A DNA stretch of 61,740 bases, taken from a virus (taxonomy: Duplodnaviria; Heunggongvirae; Uroviricota; Caudoviricetes). The notes below the pieces were generated by a model. It ran no database searches, was not told the origin of the DNA, and was given only the letters and a program-made list of their open reading frames with translations. Of this stretch, positions 24,601 through 32,107 are shown piece after piece. A program made the translations under genes and the position numbers. The stretch covers positions 97,199 to 158,938 of IMG/VR virus record IMGVR_UViG_3300045919_000425, one strand, 5' to 3'. Position 1 is the stretch's first letter; each line of letters starts with the position of its first letter.

Positions 24601-25009
24601 TGACGGATACCAGACTTACTCCGAACTTTTAGCACTTGCAGCAACTGTCATCGATGGCTCCCCAACAGACTCGGTTTCATATCCAGGAGTGAGAGCAGCA
24701 GGCACGGCTGTGGATATTCAGGCTCCACTAGAGAGAACCGTTAGCATGTCAGTAAACTTGCAGTCTACTCCTGGCGTTGGACTTAATAGTATTAAAGATC
24801 CTGTAAAATCAGCGATTTCTAACTACGTGAAGGCATTAGGAGTAGGAGACTCTGTTATTCTATCTGAGATAATTAAGAGGGTGCAACAAATCCCAGGAGT
24901 TTTATCAGTAGTTATTGAAAGCACTATCCCTGCGGCTATTAATGGGGTAATATCAGTTAGTCCTATTGAAGTAGCAAGAATAGCAAGAGATTCTGATATA
25001 TCCATATAA
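18605..25009 (+). CDS. Giant baseplate J-like wedge protein (2134 aa)
   Basis: J-type N-terminal TDIAPGSEVSKILEAAA, GTDLDK, GQDSEDDNSLRQRIKDY..LSRGT; C-terminal VKSAISNYVKALGVGDSVILSEII..IPGV. Confidence 0.8.
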   Translation: MSVDVRSSLTILTEMISKILAETNLTDIAPGSEVSKILEAAANSDFQNSVAVLNILQSIDLDSLVGTDLDKKSEDLNLPNGVGGIGRLPARKSSGTVTINSAFKKLSSLIYQGKPAPFIGTTTVYVQDATEWPSSGGQIYLGRGTDHEEGPLTYTAIDNTQVRPFYTVTLSSTTPVTKNHVIGETVILAQGGVRTISSGTTVVAPSVNSVPAVQFTTDTNLTLLDGESFGTISATCSQFGTTGNVQSNSIIQFGSIPFTGATITNQSSFSSGQDSEDDNSLRQRIKDYAATLSRGTVRAIQSYLRGLSDLSSGRTITSVNVIQPTVLGNASRAYIDDGQGLEPKYQGIPFESLLSFSTGNENLFRTSKSPVIPPVAKGSVAEPYTLMDGETLVITIDDVIETFIVNAKNYVNVSAALATEIVNDFNTQNSRIRFRAVNSQSQVNAFDLNGDSETMTVGLGTVQTVLGLPLYTIRPLFLYKNNTLLSQKGTTASLTTNNFPWVGLTSGLLTSNQISVDGVIQTFSLTDNDFNPATIQTANISQWATVLSRKIAGVSITPVIKPDGSSYLLFQTRFLTNPGGTLQIISTSWVGDGLMWNTASTLLKSGKTSDYSFNRFSGQISLATAPAYGDSITVASKLTRALAYSKTTANAIYSLGVSNVGNPKIIVGVDGIFSVRDLSSIPNGSTLTPSDPYPTSTIVRLLANNLNIIPNISVNDFIYLANDTGAVNQIPAQAVWKYRVRRKGFNTTPTSVTLTGCSFTVSSGSSLISVTSPSNHGLITGMSVTISSVTMANPSIIPGGTTAISGVRSVNVTSPTTFTFSMTVTATGNSTPPNTFTFTLAPDSWIEIEASTSSSGTSNKALLLAIPSIAVSQYNLFAFQCDGAVPQIIDFGTSAQVTTDVVVTTINNIISSATAVKESPRRLFIRTNKFNSTGSIAILASIGSAINIFSTGVTNNIQTHTGNALSSTVWSGTPKILGAVAPTGSYYQTRNYLQVKRDYLQVMDALSNPTISEDSSVSSYPVGMNSAFITGLNSGIMARVYNNNTTAPFAGFARGMNVYKPETQPSSLTYSSMYDNETMRMEEIPFGVNDKLVVIADNDSVSKSSNIYLAKNATILNMVQNPAGAPGSQMIFTLADSDDTPANFPQGRPFFDNSSVFNTFDLTDFNILFHPMIVNYIYPNFNSSLTTLPSGNPAAAIIIRSTQWGDSHRVKFSANYANTPNYVGVTILHSNVAQSSAILEISATLPTGSLVNGSTFTSATYTITPSDYPWTSPSTSPAIVQLVIASSGINPNNVYQVGNYLNIGGVIPTTYAGTYLITAATANSITVAAPGIRSSSYSPATLDASIFPVSSFFSKPATIGDVVTAINNYSPDNPVITAQFTTSNPSAFSLASFYYYPTYFTQGNLTPITTLSDIPTSIEYHSAPSPFGCIASIHTNNSPTGYTALVQYPESVLPTTAQVANVGYFYTMEPVKIIPASMKSISNWINLKAVTPLTSHADVLRCGLDNAFQISTQTLGGSGSIQVSGVKANSLTTPLLANPINVAPNISTTIAFSDAESLVRGSLVKVKNAATTNILRAYRATPSGSSITSANPVNIQNYFRSTTVVNYTNPGLGLGRFTFVSSPSGLIAGGTIVITKIDTFVTKITCSTGNLSARVGDMLYISPSSNANTSNKCYSVVADTPNQYLGYPVISVASSTEIYVLGSNIIADTFTVNAASDFVFIPMMKNEKNIATNYKSSALFRDKVSGASSLFVRLKALGNGIMYCSANTESTSDLQLSGLSVSTDDYVVFSTGFKLPNQGKYRLIAHDGASCFIFYNQNGVDELINTGISSFSVDSIDSYGSVIWGTQLSDTSVPALTDKRQIRMYDADSVFEGDYLSILSPTSGTVSWFTSDLIGKWKITEIGIDGSLNAYCQVAIPNANVTPQSVTLNANINAMNFIEKSPYCGFKSVVGSCINPQTSTYSDLVLAPSSSFSKLSPSNGTILSCLFKTGFNNNINSGIDGYQTYSELLALAATVIDGSPTDSVSYPGVRAAGTAVDIQAPLERTVSMSVNLQSTPGVGLNSIKDPVKSAISNYVKALGVGDSVILSEIIKRVQQIPGVLSVVIESTIPAAINGVISVSPIEVARIARDSDISI

Positions 25010-25020
25010 GGAATAGATTA

Positions 25021-28000
25021 ATGGCTCTACCTGTTTTATATAATTTCCTGCCAGAAGACTATCGTACGATAGTTCCTCCGGCAGATCCCACAAAAAAGGC
25101 AATCTTAACATCCATAGTAGAAGCCATTAGTGAACAAGACACTAAAGTGGTGGAACTCGCTACACAGGCGAGAGACCAGTTATTCCTGAATTCTGCTACA
25201 GGAAAATACTTGATCAACCTAGCAGCACAGAGCGGATTTAGTATCCCTCAAAGGTCTGGGCTAGATCAGTTAAGTATTGGTAAATTAGCGATGCCAGTAG
25301 TGAATTTACCTAAGCAATTATTAAGTACAATAAACACATTAACGGAAATAGTCTACTCCGCAAATGTACTCCATCCATCATTTTATAGCGAAGCGTTTGA
25401 ACCATTTTCCTTAACCGATGGTGACAATCTGTTATTCACTACCGATCAGTCAACTGTTGAGATAGTATTCAAGGCAACTTCTTTTGGGAATATTTCTAAC
25501 GTTTCCGCTAGTGAATTGGCAGGCTATATAAATGGGATAGAGCAATCTGATATTTTTGCTGACACGTTCTTTGATAGAGGTGTGAATGCAAAAAGATTGC
25601 GAATTTCAGCGAAAACATTTGGGAATAGTGCGACGATACGGTGCTCTGGAGGAACCTCGCAAAACGTCCTTCGCTTTCCGAGCATAAAGAGTATGAAAAA
25701 TAAAACAGGGACAAATTGGATAGTAACTAAGGTTGCATCATATAACGATTTTACTGTTTTTACTTGGGACGGAATAGGAGTAAACCCTCAAACATATCTG
25801 CTAGATATGGGGGATGTTTGCGCTATTAGAGGGATTCAAGATAGCAGCACAGCTAACTTCTCTGCATTGAATGGAACCTTTAGTGTTGTTGATTGCGGAA
25901 GTAATTATTTCACAATAAAAACAGTCGGACTGAATTCAACTTCCGCAATACTAACCCAAATCGGTGATTATGATATAGTCTTCACTTCAAGTACAGCACG
26001 AACATTATACGATAACGAGCAATATGCCATCAATTATGAACCACAGGTTGGCTTAATTAATATGGATATTCCACCAATTCCTTCGATTGTATCCAGGGAA
26101 ATTAAAGGGGCTACTCATATTCATGGCGCAAGTTATCAAATACTTAACTTCACCCAAACAGACCTTACAGTAGTTGCCCCGAATTCATTACCGTCATCGG
26201 GCGTATTCACCTTACGATCCAGTCAGTTTGATAAATCATTGCAACCTAAATACTACTCTTATTCAGGAAAGTCTCCTGTAATTAATGGGACACAGTCACT
26301 AATACTAGACACAACTAAAGGGTCATCATTCCCTTATTTTACCGAATCATCCGCTGCGCCAATGAAAGCGATACAAGATCCTTTTGGCGCAACGCTCGAC
26401 TCGAATATTTATTCCATTTCTGCACCAGGGATAGACTTATTCATGGAAAATACCATGGAGTTCAATTTAGCTGGGGTGGCATTCAATCGAGCACCTGCTG
26501 TTACTAGCCATAATTACTACACAGCGTCTTCGATATACTTAGATCCTAATCAGAACAGTGTGGAATTTATCCATAACAGAGGCTCCAAGAATCTCTACCT
26601 ACAGTTTACTGATCCTATTTCTGGACAAATACTATACCTAAGTTACAATGCAAGTCCTATTGATCCTTTAAATAGGACGGTTGTTAGTTATGGAGATCCA
26701 CTAAAAGGAAAAATTGTCACAGCGAGTATGATTGTTTGTCAATCGACATTCCCTGTTCCAACCAATGAAGCTACATTGGCATTATCTCGGTCGATAGCAT
26801 CAGGGACAGGAAGCGTAACTATTTCACATAATATGGGAACCACAAATATTATGTTCATGGTGTTGAAGGATTCCGATGGCTCTGTAGTAAACGCAGAAAG
26901 GCTAATAGTGGATGCCAATAATATTCAATTTTCCTATGTGAATATTATTGGAGGAACTTATACGTTCTTGTTCGTGAATATGGATACACCTCCTGTATCT
27001 GGAATTGACACGAACCCTTTGAGATACATCCAAACTGGAATACTAATGCCAGCAAGTCAGACATCGGTGATTGTTACACACAGTCAAAGAACGTCTTCTG
27101 TGATGTGTGAGTTTCGGAAATCTGGTGGATTAATTTCAATGTTGAATGGAACTGAGATTGAGTTTCTTGGAGTCACGACAATAGACCAAGATCATTTACG
27201 TATAGATTACATAAACCTGGCTTCTGATTTAACTGTTGATATGTTTATGGCATTTGATACTAAAAACACATCAACAGATTCCGTAGATGGCGGATTAATC
27301 TTGTCGGATATCAATACTACCCATATTGTGAAAAGATCAGTAACTAAGGATAGGATAATCTTTGAGATAAATAATGCAGACGGAACTCCTAAGAAGTACA
27401 CAGGCGCTATTATTTCTGGATTTGATATCATCGCTGAAAAAGATATTAATGGAAATTATGATGCTTATATGAAATTCAGTAACTCTCTGTCACGTCAGGA
27501 TGCCCGAATAAGTGACGGATCAAAAATTAGTATCACTGATGATGGTATTAAGCCACAGCCTTTCTACTTTAATCAGCTTCGTAGTAGGTATGTCTCTGTT
27601 GTATCACAATCGGGCGATAAGATCTACTTAAACACAGGCATACAAGCAATGCCTGGTCCGATTGTATCAGGAGCTAAATGTAGGGCATCGGCTCAATTCG
27701 GTGGTTCTGGAATATTCATAACAGTAGATCCCAACTCAACCTGGAATGCAAGTCATTACTATCAAAACATTAAGTTAAATCTCTTAACAGCATTACAATA
27801 TCCGAATGAAATAGTCACATCGGGACCCGATATCGTGGATGTTCCAACAAAAAACTATGTTGGAACATATATTTATGATATTACGGGAATTAAGACAAAC
27901 TTTGTTATAGGCGGGGCTGATGGTGTCGCTACCTTATTACAGACAGCTCAATTAGCTTCCTCTCCGGGCCTATTAGTTGTTGATTCATTGTCAGGTTTTA

Positions 28001-28350
28001 GCCCCTCTGGAGGCTACCTCTGCATTAACTATGGTGGAAGTGAGATAGAAGGGCCGATTAGATATTTCAGCTTGATAAGCGGAGCAGTAAATTATATTAT
28101 TATCGACAGTGCTTATGTGTTCTCAAAAAAACATTCAGTGGGAACAAAGGTGTTTAATCTAAGGTCGGTCTATAGGTATTTACCTTCCAGGAACGCTTCG
28201 GATTATCCATCTTATGTCACAGGATCAATAGAAGCTAGAAATACTTTTATTGGAATCATCAGAACAATAATTGCATCGGGAGTGCTGCTGAATATAGAAG
28301 TCCAGCAGCCTAATGTTAAGTTTGAAGATCCTGGAATTTTAATTTTCTAA
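25021..28350 (+). CDS. Baseplate or tail structural protein (wedge-associated)
   Basis: Follows J; QARDQLFLNSATGKYL resembles wedge/P2 gpI-like N-termini; S/T/G/N-rich beta composition; repeated HNxG-like modules. Confidence 0.6.
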   Translation: MALPVLYNFLPEDYRTIVPPADPTKKAILTSIVEAISEQDTKVVELATQARDQLFLNSATGKYLINLAAQSGFSIPQRSGLDQLSIGKLAMPVVNLPKQLLSTINTLTEIVYSANVLHPSFYSEAFEPFSLTDGDNLLFTTDQSTVEIVFKATSFGNISNVSASELAGYINGIEQSDIFADTFFDRGVNAKRLRISAKTFGNSATIRCSGGTSQNVLRFPSIKSMKNKTGTNWIVTKVASYNDFTVFTWDGIGVNPQTYLLDMGDVCAIRGIQDSSTANFSALNGTFSVVDCGSNYFTIKTVGLNSTSAILTQIGDYDIVFTSSTARTLYDNEQYAINYEPQVGLINMDIPPIPSIVSREIKGATHIHGASYQILNFTQTDLTVVAPNSLPSSGVFTLRSSQFDKSLQPKYYSYSGKSPVINGTQSLILDTTKGSSFPYFTESSAAPMKAIQDPFGATLDSNIYSISAPGIDLFMENTMEFNLAGVAFNRAPAVTSHNYYTASSIYLDPNQNSVEFIHNRGSKNLYLQFTDPISGQILYLSYNASPIDPLNRTVVSYGDPLKGKIVTASMIVCQSTFPVPTNEATLALSRSIASGTGSVTISHNMGTTNIMFMVLKDSDGSVVNAERLIVDANNIQFSYVNIIGGTYTFLFVNMDTPPVSGIDTNPLRYIQTGILMPASQTSVIVTHSQRTSSVMCEFRKSGGLISMLNGTEIEFLGVTTIDQDHLRIDYINLASDLTVDMFMAFDTKNTSTDSVDGGLILSDINTTHIVKRSVTKDRIIFEINNADGTPKKYTGAIISGFDIIAEKDINGNYDAYMKFSNSLSRQDARISDGSKISITDDGIKPQPFYFNQLRSRYVSVVSQSGDKIYLNTGIQAMPGPIVSGAKCRASAQFGGSGIFITVDPNSTWNASHYYQNIKLNLLTALQYPNEIVTSGPDIVDVPTKNYVGTYIYDITGIKTNFVIGGADGVATLLQTAQLASSPGLLVVDSLSGFSPSGGYLCINYGGSEIEGPIRYFSLISGAVNYIIIDSAYVFSKKHSVGTKVFNLRSVYRYLPSRNASDYPSYVTGSIEARNTFIGIIRTIIASGVLLNIEVQQPNVKFEDPGILIF

Positions 28351-28363
28351 AAAGGAACGAACC

Positions 28364-30223
28364 ATGAGTGTACTCGCTAGAGTAAATATTTTGTCACAGC
28401 AACGGTTAGACCAATCCCATCTTATGGGGACTGACTCATTTAATGCAGCAGACTTCCGTGCATTTCAGAAGGTTTTTGCAGGAATCTCAAATAATTACAT
28501 AATAAGAGGACTTGAAATAACTGCTGTTACTGGGTTATCAGCAACAATTGGCATAGCTAATTCCGCAGTCTTTTGTGGATTAGATAACACATCCTCTTTT
28601 TATGTTGCAGGGTCGGACGAACAGCCCGTTACTGTTACTGTCCCTGGAGGTTATCCAAATATTTACATTGAGGCGGTATGCCAAAGAGTGACTGGAACAA
28701 AAGTTAATACGGCATTTTGGGACCCAAGTATTCCGACAAATACTAACTCGGCAGGGTCGGAGTTCTTAGCTCCCGCAGATTTCCAGGAATTCGTACAATT
28801 AGTGATATCTTCAAATACGACAGGTTTTTCTCCGACATCGATTAAGATTGCTGTCGTTTCCACATCTTCCTCAGCAATCTTAACAGTAACCCCAGCCCGT
28901 GAAATGTTTTATCGTCTGGGAACTGGCGGAGCTATACCAAACCCAAATAATAGTTTCGGATGGTCTAATAACAGAAGAGATGCTGTGGTTACGGGACCTG
29001 CTTCCTCGATTGGCACTCAAAACTCTAATAACCCCTACCTAAGTAGTGATGGTGTTGGCGCTGTAAACGATTTTGCAATCACATCAATAAAGCAATGGAT
29101 GGACGCTGTAATGTCATCCATCAAAAGTTTAAATGGCACTCCATACTGGTTTATGCCGTTTGGTGGAACATCAGGCGGAACTGCACCATCTCTAAGTCTG
29201 TTTCAGTATGATTCTACGTTTAATCGGATGCTAATAAGAAATCACCTAAGTGCGATATCTTGGTCGTCATCATCAGATTTCAAGTTACGAGGATTAGGTA
29301 CGGTTCCAACTCAATGGGAGTACGCATTTGGCGGAATTGTTATAAATCTAGGGAATGTTTTTGATGCAGGAAAAAGAACCTTTACCGATCCCGATTTTGT
29401 CTCTCCTGTAGTAGGAGATAAATCGGCACTTTATCTTAAATTAAATAGAGAGTATGTTCCAATCCCAGCAAATAATTCAGCATTTGGAGGTAATACTGTA
29501 TCTTTCGGTCAGTCCGCAATAGGATCTAATGCTGCGAATATTTGTATTGTTGGAAATGCCGGAGATTTCACAGGGATAGCATTAGGCGACTATATCCGCA
29601 GAGTAGGAGATCCTTACTTCTCTTATGTTAGAGTGAATGCTATTATCTCTGGCTCTAAAACCTCAACAACAACCGTAATTAAGACATCCGACTCTACGGC
29701 AACTGGAACAACCGTTACGGTTGCCGACGGAACCGTTGCAACTAGTTCTATTGATGGGTTGATTGTTGATACGGCATATAGTACTCCGACTTCGGATAAG
29801 TATTACACGTTCCAGACATCTTATGATTCAAGTTCTCTCTACTCTTCACAGTCTCCATCATTCTTCACGGCAATTAATTCGGCATCTACTGTTATCCCAT
29901 TGAATAATTTAGACTTAATGATAGTAGGAATTAGATCTGGGAATAATTTCAACTTAGAAGGATTCGGAGTTCTTTCAGGTAATCAAAACACTGACACCTC
30001 TAGCTCTGTGGTTAGCGTCTCTACTTCTACATCAGCTACTACAAGTGTACCTCATGGGTTCGCCATACCCACTATGAATTATATTTTCCAAGCATACGAT
30101 ACAACAGGCTCTCCCGTCGTACCTTCTGCCGTAATGGTTAGCTCAATTACAACAACAGGGATTGTGTTAGCGATTACGGGCACGGTAAAGAACGTCACTG
30201 TAATGTTTCAGAAAATCCGTTAA
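28364..30223 (+). CDS. Virion structural protein (baseplate or fibre attachment)
   Basis: Position in the baseplate operon; RVNILSQQRLD N-terminus and AITSIKQWMDAVMSSIK pattern; beta-rich. Confidence 0.55.
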   Translation: MSVLARVNILSQQRLDQSHLMGTDSFNAADFRAFQKVFAGISNNYIIRGLEITAVTGLSATIGIANSAVFCGLDNTSSFYVAGSDEQPVTVTVPGGYPNIYIEAVCQRVTGTKVNTAFWDPSIPTNTNSAGSEFLAPADFQEFVQLVISSNTTGFSPTSIKIAVVSTSSSAILTVTPAREMFYRLGTGGAIPNPNNSFGWSNNRRDAVVTGPASSIGTQNSNNPYLSSDGVGAVNDFAITSIKQWMDAVMSSIKSLNGTPYWFMPFGGTSGGTAPSLSLFQYDSTFNRMLIRNHLSAISWSSSSDFKLRGLGTVPTQWEYAFGGIVINLGNVFDAGKRTFTDPDFVSPVVGDKSALYLKLNREYVPIPANNSAFGGNTVSFGQSAIGSNAANICIVGNAGDFTGIALGDYIRRVGDPYFSYVRVNAIISGSKTSTTTVIKTSDSTATGTTVTVADGTVATSSIDGLIVDTAYSTPTSDKYYTFQTSYDSSSLYSSQSPSFFTAINSASTVIPLNNLDLMIVGIRSGNNFNLEGFGVLSGNQNTDTSSSVVSVSTSTSATTSVPHGFAIPTMNYIFQAYDTTGSPVVPSAVMVSSITTTGIVLAITGTVKNVTVMFQKIR

Positions 30224-30229
30224 TCCTAC

Positions 30230-30258
30230 TTGACTGGCTTTAGGTTTCACCTTATATT
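30230..30258 (+). promoter_or_regulatory. sigma70-like promoter
   Basis: TTGACT-N17-TATATT. Confidence 0.7.
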
Positions 30259-30289
30259 AAGATAGTCCCAAATACATAAGGAAGAAACC

Positions 30290-30820
30290 ATGATTAAAAA
30301 AATTGAAATTGAAGCTAGTCCATTGAAGTTTTTACCAGAGTCTTCTCAGGAAGTCATAAGGGAACGGATTGAATCAGGCAATCCGTTCCCTTATGAGCTT
30401 GATTCAAACTTAAAGAAGATTCAGGAATTCTTAGGTGTTGAGGGCGTAGAAAGTACAATGACCTTATCCCTTAATTTAGAGAATTTACTGTATTTTCTAT
30501 TCTTAAAATTAGATCCACCAACATCTCCATTGAAGCTTCATGCCTTTACCGAGAATTTGAAGAAGAATGTCTTCTCTGAATTGGTTCGTACATTAAACTT
30601 AAGCGAACTCCCTAAAATCCCGAAAGTAGATTTAGATAAAATAGAGCACTTCCTATCAGATGATGCGGAGTTCCGTAATTTGCAAATACCGTTTCAGTTT
30701 ATTCATGGCAAAAGCGGCCAGGAAAGCGAAGTACCTCTTCCGTCTAACTTAATCCTAGCTTCCCCTGCATTTGTTGAGTCACTTTCCAAGATATTTTATG
30801 GGGAAAATAATGACAAATAG
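30290..30820 (+). CDS. Hypothetical protein
   Basis: AAGGAAG RBS, own promoter. Confidence 0.65.
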   Translation: MIKKIEIEASPLKFLPESSQEVIRERIESGNPFPYELDSNLKKIQEFLGVEGVESTMTLSLNLENLLYFLFLKLDPPTSPLKLHAFTENLKKNVFSELVRTLNLSELPKIPKVDLDKIEHFLSDDAEFRNLQIPFQFIHGKSGQESEVPLPSNLILASPAFVESLSKIFYGENNDK

Positions 30821-31136
30821 TACGGTAGAAGTATTCTCATTAGCATCGAAGATGATGTCCATATCAGACCCTGATAGATTGCTACAGCAGACCTTATCTG
30901 CAACAGTTCAAGCAAGCTTGCGTCGTTCTTACCCGGGAGTCTTGATATTTTTCTGTGATCATAGGTATTTTGTATTTCTCCAAATGAGTTTGATTAAGTA
31001 TTTACTATTTGTGGTCTTTTCAAGAAGAAGTCTTCATAAGGATATGGTAAAAGAGATGAAGGAAGTAGATGATAATTTTGAAGAGTTGATATTTGTCGAT
31101 AAGTTATCAGAAAAGGCAGTCAGCTTCCTTCCTTAA
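30810..31136 (+). CDS. Hypothetical protein
   Basis: Start moved to MTNST, overlapping the end of the previous gene; stop abuts the convergent gene. Confidence 0.55.
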   Translation: MTNSTVEVFSLASKMMSISDPDRLLQQTLSATVQASLRRSYPGVLIFFCDHRYFVFLQMSLIKYLLFVVFSRRSLHKDMVKEMKEVDDNFEELIFVDKLSEKAVSFLP

Positions 31137-31655
31137 TTATTTGCCTATAAATTCCTCATCACCTAAATCCATAAGCGTTTCAGCATTAAAGTCAGAATAA
31201 TCGAAATAAAGGTCGGAATGGTCTTCGTTTCCGTTAAATAAGTTTTCTTCTTTGTGAATGTTCTGTAGTTCTGTAACAGGAGATAGAGCCTTAAGTTTCT
31301 GTAGCGCAGTTTTTTCAATCGCTTCAATTTGCTTAGTATTCAAGCCTATTCTTTTTGAGATTTCTTTATAAGTAAGCCCTTCGTTTGTCATCGCAAGAAA
31401 TTTGAACATGCAGAAGGAATGTTTGTCTTCCGTTAGTATCCCAAAAGGACATCCAGGTGCAGTTTTTTCTAATTTAGCTGAGTATCCGAAATTGTCTTGC
31501 TCCCAAGCTACCCTAGAAACACCTTCTTCGCAAGGCGAAGAAGGAAAGTTCTTAAGGTTCCTAATGCAGACTTCCTGGAATCTACTTTTATTACTACAAC
31601 CAGTTTTAGGCTTTTTTTGCACGACGAGATCCTTTAGGAGCTGAAAGAAGAGCAA
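31137..31655 (-). CDS. Sigma70 region-4-like HTH protein with Cys-rich N-terminus
   Basis: EGLTYKEISKRIGLNTKQIEAIEKTALQKLK (sigma4 HTH); four Cys upstream including CPFG..FCMF; likely real start GTG 31622 after AAGGA. Confidence 0.7.
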   Translation of the reverse strand: MLFFQLLKDLVVQKKPKTGCSNKSRFQEVCIRNLKNFPSSPCEEGVSRVAWEQDNFGYSAKLEKTAPGCPFGILTEDKHSFCMFKFLAMTNEGLTYKEISKRIGLNTKQIEAIEKTALQKLKALSPVTELQNIHKEENLFNGNEDHSDLYFDYSDFNAETLMDLGDEEFIGK

Positions 31656-32082
31656 CTGCTTTTTCAGCGTTTTCTAGCCTTGATAAAAGCAAACTCAAGG
31701 ATTCTTCGGTAATGTTTGCACGGGAGACAAGAGAATTAACAAGCTTATCTATCCCTGCTACGTTAAAGTATAGTTTTGGAATGGTCTTATCTAGGATAGA
31801 TTCAAGTTCGTTGACATTACATTCAATCTTTGAGATACTGTCCATAATAATAGTTACGGGATCTGGGTAAGGTGTCGAATTAATAGTGCCATTCTTTATA
31901 GAAATAAGTTCGGATTCTAATGCTTCCTCTTTCTTTTCTAATTCCCCTAACTCTAATTTAACTAAAAGCACAGACTCTTCTAGTTTTTCTTTTTCTAGTT
32001 CTATAACATCAACCAATTCAGCATTTTCAGATACTTTTTTTACTAGGGCAGATACAGCTTTACGATTCTTACTCATGAACAT
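31606..32082 (-). CDS. Hypothetical coiled-coil protein
   Basis: E/L/K heptads; directly downstream of portal. Confidence 0.6.
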   Translation of the reverse strand: MFMSKNRKAVSALVKKVSENAELVDVIELEKEKLEESVLLVKLELGELEKKEEALESELISIKNGTINSTPYPDPVTIIMDSISKIECNVNELESILDKTIPKLYFNVAGIDKLVNSLVSRANITEESLSLLLSRLENAEKAVALLSAPKGSRRAKKA

Positions 32083-32107
32083 TCCTTTCAGTTAAATTCT
32101 TACTCCT

